A DNA stretch of 62,943 nucleotides, counting the filler, from Chiloscyllium plagiosum (Eukaryota), in assembly GCF_004010195.1 (NCBI RefSeq). It is 6 parts of one record of this genome, joined end to end, with 100 filler letters (N's around TTAATTAATTAA, not from the genome) between each part and the next. Parts side by side here need not be neighbours in the genome. Positions count along the whole stretch, not along the records: positions 31,287 to 47,869 come from NC_057711.1; positions 47,970 to 56,305 come from NC_057711.1; 4 more parts are not named here. One strand, given 5' to 3'. Positions 37,611 through 48,134 of this stretch are shown here, one piece after another. The notes beneath the pieces are model-generated. The model saw only the letters and a program-made list of their open reading frames with translations, had not been told where the DNA came from and ran no database searches. The stretch's first letter is position 1. Each line of letters starts with the position of its first letter. A program made the translations under genes and the position numbers.

Positions 37611-38874
37611 CAATAACTTCTGTAACCTCCATCGTGTTGTGTGGCACGATCAGCGTGCTAAATGGGACAGACTTCGAACAAATTGAGCAACTCCAGATTG
37701 GGCATCCATGAGGCGCTGTGGGCCATCAGCAGCAGCAGAACTGTACTCCAGCACAATCTGTAACCTCATGGCCCGGCATAGCCCCCACTCACCCATTACC
37801 ATCAGACCAGGTGATCAGCCCTGGTTCAATGGAGAGTGCAGGGGGTATGCCAGGAGCAGCACCAGGTATACCTGAAGGTGAGGTGTCAACCTGGTGAAAC
37901 TACCAAACAAGACTACTACATGCCAAACAGTGCAAGCAGCAAGTGATAGACAGAGCTAAGCGATGGATCAGGTCTAAGCTCTGCAGTCCTGCCACATTCA
38001 CTCGTGAATTCACAGCAATGTTCAGCCAGAAGTTCCGAGTGGATAATCCATCTCGGCCTCCTCCAGTGGTCCCAGCATCACAGATACCAGTGTTCAGCCA
38101 ATTCCATTCACTCTGTGTGATACTAAGAAATGGTTAAAGGCACTGGAAACTGCAAAGGCTACAGGTCCTACATTCCGGCGATAATACTGAAGGCTTATGC
38201 TCCACAACGTGTTGCTCCCCTAGCCAGGCAGTTCCAGTACAGCTACAACACTGGCAACTATCCGACAATGTGGAAAAATTGCCCAGGGATGCCCTCTACA
38301 GAAAAGGCAGGACAAATACAACCTGGCCAATTACCAGGTGAAAACAATGACTGCAGATGCTGGAAACCACTTTGCTCTGGCCCAATTATCACCCCATCAG
38401 TCTGCTCACGATCATCAGTAAAGTGATGAAGATGTCATCAACAGCGCTATCAAGCAGCACCTGTCAGCAATAACCTGCTCAGTGACGCCCAGTTTGTGGT
38501 CTGCCAGGGCCAGACAACTCCTGACCTCATTACTGCCTTGGTTCAAACCTGACCAATAAAGCTGAATGTTTCTCACCTCCAAAGGTGGGGTGTCAGTGAC
38601 AGCCTGTCACATCAAGGCTGCATTCAACCAAGTGTGGCATCAAGGAGTCCTGGCAAAACTGGAATCAAAGGGTATCGGGGGAAAACTCTCTACTGGTTAG
38701 ACACATCCCTGACAAATTGGAAGATGGTTGTGGTTGTTGGTTAGCTCCAGGATATCCCTGCAGGAGTTCCTCAGGGTACTGTCCTGATGAAGGGCTCATG
38801 CCCAAAACGTCAATTCTCCTGCTCCTTGGATGTTGCCTGACCTGCTGCGCTTTTCCAGGAACACATTTTCAGTT

Positions 38875-39430
38875 CTTAATTTGTGCACTGAATAATTTTG
38901 TTACAATGCCAGTGTTTACAACATCTGGAGAGATCATGTCTGCATTTCACTGGTGAAAAATTCAATTGCTCTATTTGCTACAGATCTCAAAATAGATGCC
39001 CTAATTTCTCAAATACATTTCTTCAACTTTATTTTTCAGGTTACTGCAGGACCTCTTCCAATAATGCTGACTTTTCTCATAGCAATTCAACAGTAAGCCC
39101 TGGTTGTTCCGAGCTGTTTGTTTTTCAGTGGTTTACTACAGCAGACCATTACCAAACTATTATGTTTCAGGCATATTTGCTATGATGTGATTATTTATTC
39201 CCTTGTACATTCAAATACTTAACATTGTGGATCATCACTAGCCTATCTGTCACTCAGTTTTTTAAAGACTCACATCTTTTTGTCTTACCTGTTCGAGTGC
39301 CACCGATAACATTTACAATGAATTCATTCACATCAGTTTCTCATAGACAAATTCGAAAATTGCCCAGTCACCAGTCTTTATTAGTATTTATACTAATAAT
39401 ATGTTTAACTGTATTGACAAATGAACAATA
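38875..39430 (+). pseudogene. ABCA13: ABCA13-like fragment
   Basis: HFTGEKFN / ATDLK / FLKYIS, compared with recalled human TNYGEKFENIITELREAIVFLRNVS. Frameshifted. Confidence 0.45.
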
Positions 39431-39864
39431 CCAGGAAAGAGGAGTAAAATACCAGTGTGACTGTCTTTTATTCATTCGCAGAATAAGGGCATTCCTGGGT
39501 AGGCCAGCATTTATTGCCCAGAGGGCAGTTAAGAACCAATCACATTGTTTTGGGTCTGGAGTCACATGTAGGTCATTAGGATAGGGATGGCAGCTTCATT
39601 CACTAAAGGACATTATTGAACTGGATGGGTTTTTCCGACAATTGGCAATGGATTTGTGGTTATCATTAGACTCTTAATTCCAGATTTTTATTGAATTCAA
39701 ATTCCACCATCTGCCATGGTGGGATTTGAACCCTGGTCCAAAAATATTACCTCGGTCTTTGGATTAACAGCCCAGCATTAATACCACTCAAAAATATATG
39801 ATTGAAAAGCACTAATAGTTCAAAAGTGGTTAACACCTTACAGATAGAAAAGGTAGCTTTGTAC

Positions 39865-40152
39865 TGCATGGTGGCTCAGTGGTTAGCACTGCTGCCTCAC
39901 AGCACCAGGGTCCTAGGTTCAATTCCAGCCTCAGGTGACTGTCTGTGTGGAGTTTGCACATTCTCCCCGTGTCTGCGTGGTTTCCTCCCACAATCCAAAG
40001 ATGTGCAGGTTAGGTGAATTGGACATGCTAAATTGCCCATAGTGTTAGGTGTATTAGTCAGGGATAAATGTAGGATCTAGGTGGGTTACTCTTCGGAAGG
40101 TTGGTGAGGACTTGTTGGGCCGAAGGGCCTGTTTCCGTACTGTAGCTAATCT
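39865..40152 (+). mobile_element. HE1-type SINE
   Basis: Same head, body and tail as the other copies. Confidence 0.92.
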
Positions 40153-40744
40153 AGGCACTATGTCATTTGTATAAAGCAAAAGAAATACAATTTTACTTTA
40201 ATCCAGTAGAACATTTTATTTTATTAGCAGTTAAATTGCAGACCTTTTCCTATACTTAAAAATTGTTTGTTACAGCAGTTTTACATTGTTTCAAAAATAA
40301 TCCATTCACTATTTAAACTTACATATTTAGTCCACATGAATATATTCTGATACAAAAACAGAGATTGCTGGAGAAACCCAATAGGTCTGGCTGCATCAAT
40401 GGGAAGAAAGCAGAGATAATATTTCAAATCTGGTGACTCTACATCAGAACTGAATGTATTCTGTGTTTGCAGATAGAACAGAACATTCCCATAAATAGAA
40501 CAATGCTTTCATTTTTATTTGCTTGGTTTTAGCACTGTTTGTTCAAAAACAATGGAAGAATGAAGAGTTTATTGTGCTTCTCCAATATGTAAGGCTGTCC
40601 CCTGAGTTATTACCCATTCTGAGGACCGTGTGAAATCATTGGAAATAATCACAGAAACTGAATTTTGTTGTACAAGTACAATTTTAGATGAACAGCAAGC
40701 ATTGCAGTATTAGTTTATCAGTAATATAAATTAAAGACTGTAAG

Positions 40745-41345
40745 AATTACACACTACCCTGCTGCCTACTTGAGGCATTTGTAAACATAACTGTCAGAAA
40801 TATAAATGATTAATGGAGGTTTCAACATATTGTGCTGAGTGGGTGGAGAATAAGCCGACAACAGTAAGATGGAAAACCTTTCTGCTTAACAATAAATAAT
40901 AAGGCAATATCAATTTGTAAACCTGTTGCATAGTTAATCATTGGAACTATTCTTGGAAAAATGCCTTATTTTACAATTACCTTTCTTATCTGTATTTAAC
41001 ATTAACTCTTGCATTGCGAGGCATGATACTTGCAATTTCTCAGGCACCCTTTTATTTGAAATAATAGGAACTAAATCTGCACTTACAGAATAATTTTTAG
41101 ATTTGTCAGGGATGCTCATAAAATAATGAGTTTTTGCAAAAGTCAAGCTGAAAGTCCTTGTCAAGATTCTCGATTCTCCGTTAGCCACCATGCTGTTATA
41201 AAAAAACAATCTTGCTGGAAGTAGCACTAAATCATATAGGACCAGATCTTTCTAGAGTTGGATGCACGCCTTTTAAACATGTTCTGAGTCCTTCAGTTTA
41301 AATAGCTTTTGCATAGGGATTTCCCAGAAGTGCAATCTGATAATG
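40745..41345 (+). pseudogene. ABCA13: ABCA13-like fragment (about 200 codons, several stops)
   Basis: YTLPCCLL...RNIND; SLELFLEK; HDTCNFSG; SWMHAF*TCSESFSLN...SQK. Compare recalled human YVLPHAVRLL...KNITE; TIELVSDK; IDPCNVHG; DWNSILLELSEVFHVN...VQK, in the same order and with similar spacing. Confidence 0.6.
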
Positions 41346-41859
41346 ACACAATGTGGGCAATGGGTATTTGACACTTCAGTGAATGGCAGGACCAATGGCC
41401 TAAAACTCCTGAATCAAAGACATTTAAAAAGTAGAAAAGAAGCAGGAATGATGTAGAGGAGGATAAATTAGTGACAAATCAAATATGGAGTGAAAAGCAA
41501 AGAGAAGAGGAGGATAGATGAGAGAGGCAGAAAATAATGCAGAGATTGTCAACAGAGGAAGCTACCTCTCATCTAAGGCTGACATCATTCAGAAGAATCC
41601 GACTTGAAGGACACTTCTGTATGAAGGAACAGAATTCTTTGAAAATATCTGTCATTGGGAGAAAGTATGGAAAAGGTAGCGGAGAAAGGAGTGCCAGTAA
41701 ACTCAAGGCCAAGGACAAATTTCACCTCCCGGAAACTTCTGCCAAATGTGGGGTTGGATATACAACTTTAGGATCAGGCTCGTCAGCCACACTATGACCC
41801 ACTGAATCAATTATCAATTACTGGGAATTTCCAAGGTGGAATATGAAGCTCATTAGGGA

Positions 41860-42195
41860 GCCAAGGTCTTTTTCCCAGGGTAGGGGAGTCCAAAACTAGA
41901 GACCATAGGTTTAAGATAAGAGGGGAAAGATTTTAAAGGGACTTAAGGGGCTACATTTTCACGTAGAGGGTGGTGTGTGTATGGAACAAACTGCCAGAGG
42001 AAGTGGTGGAGGCTGGTACAATTAGAGCATTTAAAAAGCATCTATATGGGTATATGAATAGGCAGGGTTTAGAGGGATATAGGCTAAACACTGGCAAATG
42101 CGACTATATTAATTTAGGATATCTGGTTGGCATGGAACAAGTTGGACCAAACTGTCTGTTTTCGTTTTGTACAACTCTATGACTCATGACTATGA
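41860..42195 (+). mobile_element. HER1/CR1 3' end
   Basis: WNKLPEEVVEAGT; (atgact)n tail. Confidence 0.9.
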
Positions 42196-43217
42196 TTATT
42201 GGGTCAAAGCCCTGGAATTGCCTTCGTAATGGCATTATGTGCACAGCAGGTGAACTGTGGCTGATCAAGAAGGCAGCTCAATGCCACTTTCTTAAGGGCA
42301 ACTGGGGACGGGCAATAAATATTGGCTAGGCAGGAATGCCCACACCCCCAAATTAATTTTTGAAAAAATTCTATGAATCTGACTGCCGGCGATGATCATG
42401 ATATGTAGAAATATACCTATGCTCTTATTCTAACTTGCTGATTGAGGTTAATGGATAGTTAATGAATAATTAACCAGCATGTACATAAAATTAATATGGA
42501 GGTTAAGAGTAAGAAACTATTTGTATAAAGCAACAAAGAGGCTTCTCAAGGGCAACTAGGGAATAGGCAGTAAATATCATAGCATGGTAAAACTTGAACG
42601 CAGACTGGTACATCACAAGAGTCCACCCCCAGTATAATTGAAACTAGCTTTATTTGCACCCTCTCCTCTGAAAGATAAAACAGTTACATAATCAAGAGGT
42701 GACTTTCTGTCAAGAAAGAAGAAATAATCAGTCCTCTCATTATTGTTAAGTTTCTCCCTGTTTCAAGTAGTTTACATCTGTGACATTCCATTGGCTTCAC
42801 ACAGGATTTTGCCAGTCGGTAAATTTAAATCTGCAGGTTTTTCCACATAGTAGCCTTTCTTTAAAAAAACATACTTTGGAACTATAAGTACAAAACGGCT
42901 GTACATATTTCAGGATTCTGATCCATCATCATGACGGAACAAATACAGTACTGAACAAGCAGTCCTTTGTCCTTGATAATATTGAGCTTTTTAAATGTGT
43001 TGAAGCTGCTTTTTTTCAACGGAGATAGATCCAAGGGGAGAGTATTCCTCATACCTGTAATTTGTCTTGTAAATTATCAAAAGACCATATGAAGTCATAA
43101 GGTGACACATTCATTGTAAAATGTTGAGTCTGTTGCTTGGACTCAAAGCCACAGTATTTTGATGCCTGATTCAGGTAAGATTCTTAGAAAGGATATTTGA
43201 ACATGTTTTTGAAATAT

Positions 43218-44182
43218 AGAGTCATAATGTCATTAAGTTGTACAGCATGAAAACAGAGGCTTCGGTCCAACTTGTCCAAATCAATCAGATATCCTAAAAT
43301 AATCTAGTCCCAGCATTTGGCCCAGATCCCTCTAAACCCTTTCTATTCATATACCCATCCACATGCGTTTTAAATGTTATAATTGTACTAGCCTCCACCG
43401 CTTCCTCTGGCAGCTCATTCCATATATGCACCACCTTCTGCATGAAAACATTGCCCTTCAGATTCCTTTTAAATCTTTCCCCTCTCAGCTTAAACCTATG
43501 CCCTCTAGTTTTGGATTCTTCCACCTCGGGGAAAAGACCATGGCTATTCAGTCTATCCAATCACTTTATGATTTTATAAACCTCTCTATAAGATCACCCC
43601 TCAGCCTCTGATGCTCCAGGGAAAATATCCCCAGCCTAATCAGCCCCTCCCTATAGCTCAAACCCTCCAACCCTGCTTTTCGGCATTTAAATAAATGATT
43701 TGAATGTTAGCATGGGAGGAATGGTCAATACGTTTGCAGATGACACCAAAATTGGAGGTGTAGTGGACAACCAGGAAGACTACCACGCAATACAACAGGA
43801 TCTGGATCAGATGAGCCAATGGACCAAGGAGTGGCCGTTGGAGTTTAATTTAGAGGTGTCACATTTTGGAAAGACAAATCAGAGCAAGACTTATACAATT
43901 AATGGTAAGGTCCTGGGGAATGTTGCTGAACAAAGAGACCTTGGAGTGCAGGTTCTTAGTTCCTTGAAAGTGGAGTCACAGGTAAATAGGATAGTGAAGA
44001 AAGTGTTTGGTAAATAAATCTTTATTGAACAGAACATTGAGTGGAGGATTTAGGTGGTCATGTTGCAGCTATACAGGACATTGGTTAGGCCAGTTTTGGA
44101 ATACTGTGTGTAATTCTGGTCTCCCTGCTCTAGAAAGGATGTGGTGAAACTTGAAAGGGTTCAGAAAAGATTGATAAGGATG
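43218..44182 (-). mobile_element. HER1/CR1 insertion with inverted 5' segment
   Basis: 43218-43675 is the 3' end on -; 43673-44182 is the immediately upstream ORF2 segment on +. TSD-like tgaaatat / tgaaatgt. Confidence 0.85.
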
Positions 44183-44794
44183 AAATGTGTTGAGCCATGG
44201 TATTGGGAATAGATGCAGATGTAATTATAATATCATGTACTCAAAGAATGGTACCGTACCTCACCACTTCCCCAAAGTGATATTTGCAACTTGAATGCAG
44301 GTTTGGGGAAGAGAGGAACCTGCTGGCGTCTGGTTAACAGCCTAATATAAAACAAAGAACTGTGGATGCTGGAAAACTGAAACAAAAACAGAAAGTGCTG
44401 GAGAAGCTCAGCAGGTCTGGCAGAATCTTTAGAGAGAGAGAGAGAGACAGAGCCAACGTTCAAGTCCAGTGACTTTTCTGACTTTCTGTTTCATTTCAAT
44501 TGACAGGCTCTGGCTTAATTAGGGCATTTATATTCAAAACGTGGAAATTAATTGTCAAGTTTCCAATCATGAATTGAAAATCAAGCCCCTTGTTCTGATG
44601 TCATACGCTGTTAATATGAATGTTCTGAGGTTTAATGGCATCTGTTTTCTTACTATCATTGGGTTAAGTCTCTCATATGCTCTGAAAATTGCCCAAGGCT
44701 AAGTTTTAAATCTTTCCTGCCTCCTTGCTCCTCTGCACATGAACATTTGCTCCATTGAAAGTGTGGCCAACTCCTAGCCAGTTTAACCCCTTCT

Positions 44795-47540
44795 GAAGTC
44801 ATAAACTCAGAGGTTTACAGCGCAGAAAAAGGCCATTCAGACCAGCAAGTCTGCACTGTTAAAAAACAACCACCTAACTGTTTATAATCCATATTTCAGC
44901 ACATCGCCCATAGTCTTGGCATCTAAATACGTCTGAAATGTTATAAGGGTTTCTGCCTCTATCACCTTTACAGGCAGTGAGTTCCAGATTTTCATCACCC
45001 TCTGGGTGAAACAGTTTTCCATTCCATCCCCTCTAAATCTCCTGCTCCATAATTTAAATCCATGTCCCCGGTAATTGATCCCTCCACCAAGAAAACATTT
45101 TCTTCCTGTCTAAGCTATCTATCCCTCTCATAACTTTATACATCATAATCATGTCCCTGCCTTAGTCTCAACTGTTCCAAGGAAAACAACATCAGCCTAT
45201 CCAATCTCACTCTAAAAACTAAATCTCTCCAGCCTAGCAACATCCTGGTAAATCTCCTCTGCATCCTATCCAGTGTAATCACATCCCTACAATAATGTGG
45301 ATTTCAGAGCTACAGACAGTACTGTAGCCATGACTAGGTTTCCTCCTCACTGTTACTATCCCACCAACATTTGTATCATCTACTTACCTATCAAACCTTG
45401 TACATTCAAGTCAAATGGATTTATATAAACCACGAACAGTAAGTGCCCCAAAACTGACCCCTATGGAACCCCACTCGACATAGGCTTCCAGTTGCAAAAT
45501 ATCATTTGACGATCACCACCCCCCCCCCCACCCAATGTCCTGGTGCTCTGCTAATTCTGGATCCAAACAACTAACATTTTTTGGATCCCATGGATTTTTG
45601 CTTTTATTTTTCGTCTCTCCTGTGAGACCAAATCAAAAGCCTTGCTGAAGTCTAAGTAGACTGTGTTGAATGTATTGCTCTCATCCACAAAATTATTGCC
45701 AGAACGCCTGCTATTTCCTCCCTCGCCTCACTCAACAGCCTTGGAAATATTTCATCTGGCCCTGGAGATTTATTTGCTTTTAAGCCTGGGAGATCACTCA
45801 GAATCTTCTCTCAATTTATGTTCATTTCTTTAGATTTATCACAGTCCTTCTCCCTGATTTCTATCCCCACATTGTTCCTCTCATGGACACAAAATATTCA
45901 TTTAGAGCCTTATCAATGTCCTTTGACTCCATGTATATATTACCACTCCGGTCCTTAATGGCATCTACTCTTTCTCTAGATATCCTTTAATCCTTCATGT
46001 ATTTGTAAAATAAATTTGGATTTCCCTTTCTTTTACCTGCCATTATTCATACATGCCTCCTTTTTTGGTCTCCTTTTTAAGTATGCCCTTGCACATTCTG
46101 TATTCCTCCAGGCCTTCTGTTGTTTTGAGTCATTGCCATATGCAATAAATCTCTCCCTTACTCTTTACCCACTCTGGTACATTTCTTGATTTCGAAAGAT
46201 CACAGAATTTGTTGGTCCTCCTTTTATCTTTACTGGAACAGGTTGACTCTGTACAATCCCTATTTTGTCCTTGAATGTATTCCACTGCTCTGACATAGAT
46301 TTATCTAAAAGTATCTGCTCTCAGTCCACTCTGACCAAATCATACCGAATCTTTTTTTTTAAAAAATCATCCTTCTCTCAGTTTCGAAGTTTGACTTCAG
46401 GCCCATCCTTGTCCTTTTCCATAACAATCTTGAATCTCAGGATTTTCCTGAAGAAGGGCTCATGCCCGAAACGTCGATTCTCCTACTCCTTGGATGCTGC
46501 CTGACCTGCTGCGCTTTTCCAGTAACACATTTTCAGCTCTGATCTCCAGCATCTGCAGTTCTCACTTTCTCCTTGAATTTCATGTATTCATGATCACTGC
46601 CTGCAAAATGGTCCCCCATTGATACTATATCCAATTGCTATAACTTTCTCCTCTCTTGTAGGGCCTTCTACATATTGGTTTAAAAATCTCTCCTGGATGA
46701 AGTTTAAGAATTCCACTTTCTCTAAATTTATCACACAATAACTATTCCTGGTTAATGTAGGGGCAGTTGAAATCCTCTATTATCACTATCCTATTACTTT
46801 AAAACTTATCTAAAATTTGCTTATGTATGTACTTTCTGTTTCAGGGGGCCTAGAGTACACTCGAGCAATGTGATTGCTTCTTTTTGGTTTTTAAGTTTCA
46901 CCTACATGAGGAGTGTCCTAAGATATCTTGCCTCCTTACAGGTGTAATTGACTCCTTGCACAATTGTAACACTACCCCCCCCCACCTCTTTTACCTCTTT
47001 CCATGACTTGCTGGAAGACCTTTTATCCTAAAATATTGAGCTACCAACCCTGCCCCCACCCCAACCATAATGTAGTCATAGCAATTACATCATACCGCAT
47101 GTTTTCATTTGTGCTCTCAACTCATCTGCCTACTTTGTCAGACTCCTTGTGTTAAAATAACTTGAGTCTTAAGTAGCCAATAATTTCTATGTCTTCTAGA
47201 CTCCCTTACTGTCTGTCCTAATTTTGAGTGTTCATCTCCCCCACTGGACTTTCTCTCAGGAAACTAACCTCTTGCCAAATTAATTTAAACCACCTCTGCA
47301 CTGGCAAACCTACCTTCCCCAAAGATGCTAGTCCCATTCTGGTTCAGATGTAGCCCATGTGCTTTGTATAGGTCACACTGTCCCGAAAAACGATCCTAAT
47401 ATCCCAGAAATCTAAACCTTCCACTCCTGCACCATTTGTCTTGCTAGGCATTCATCGGGACTAACTTCCTATTTCTATATTCACTAGCACGTAGCACCAG
47501 AAGTAATCAAACATTATTACCTTTTGAAACCTGTTTGATT
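44795..47540 (-). mobile_element. Old, long, degraded CR1 LINE with PLE-terminus insertion at about 46444-46572
   Basis: Antisense CR1 3' UTR, RT (LDFSKAF, SPGPD) and EN remnants. Confidence 0.75.
46447..46478 (+). ncRNA. Minimal type I hammerhead ribozyme motif (PLE type)
   Basis: CUGAAGA-A-GGGC-UCAU-GCCC-GAAA-CG-UC; complete catalytic core, palindromic ACGU stem III. Confidence 0.7.
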
Positions 47541-47574
47541 TTCCCCTTCAGAATGCTCTGCAGCCATTCAGTGA

Positions 47575-47869
47575 CATGCCTGACTGTGGCACCAGAGAGC
47601 CCACTCCCACAGCCACTTCCGCCCCTCACATCATGGCTGATGCCACACGCTCAGTGACTTCCACCACCCCTACTGCCGTGTCTGCCACCACTTCCGCCCC
47701 CACCAGCGCCACTCACCTGCATTCTGCTGACACGCCCCCCACAGACCCCACTGTCACTATCCCCACCCCCCAGAACCCCGAGGGGAACACTGCCCCTACT
47801 CATGACTCTACCCCCATTCCCCCCACCATCACACCCACTCCACGTACTGACTCCGACCCCCCTCCCAGC
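47575..47869 (+). mobile_element. Thr/Pro-rich low-complexity segment, probably PLE ORF N-terminal region
   Basis: Similar in character to 60893-61300 (gccacttccgccccc, cgctcagtgac motifs); lies next to a gap followed by a PLE fold-back end. Confidence 0.45.
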
Positions 47870-47969
47870 NNNNNNNNNNNNNNNNNNNNNNNNNNNNNNN
47901 NNNNNNNNNNNNNTTAATTAATTAANNNNNNNNNNNNNNNNNNNNNNNNNNNNNNNNNNNNNNNNNNNN

Positions 47970-48130
47970 CTGGAAGAGCACAGCAATTCAGGCAGCATCC
48001 GAGGACAGGCAAAATCGACGTTTCGGGCAAAAGCCTTCCTGATGAAGGGCTTTTGCCCGAAACGTCGATTTTGCTGCTCGTCGGATGCTGCCTGAATTGC
48101 TGTGCTCTTCCAGCACCACTGATCCAGAAT
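47970..48130. mobile_element. Fold-back PLE-derived element with intact hammerhead core at 48039-48066 (+)
   Basis: Near-perfect inverted arms; CUGAUGA-A-GGGC-UUUU-GCCC-GAAA-CG-UC. Confidence 0.85.
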
Positions 48131-48134
48131 AGGA

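Larger units (their letters stand above)
35085..38780 (+). mobile_element. CR1/L2-group LINE with tRNA-like 5' head, endonuclease and partial RT; interrupted by HER1, HE1 and PLE termini
   Basis: A box 35090-35100 and B box 35142-35152. EN reads NIWGL...PDIVILTESYLTDNVP (35476-35586) and resumes at about 36757 (YVLSH..D...TTYRPP...WVGDFN...LDLILT...SDN). RT reaches AGVPQG at about 38775. Confidence 0.8.
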
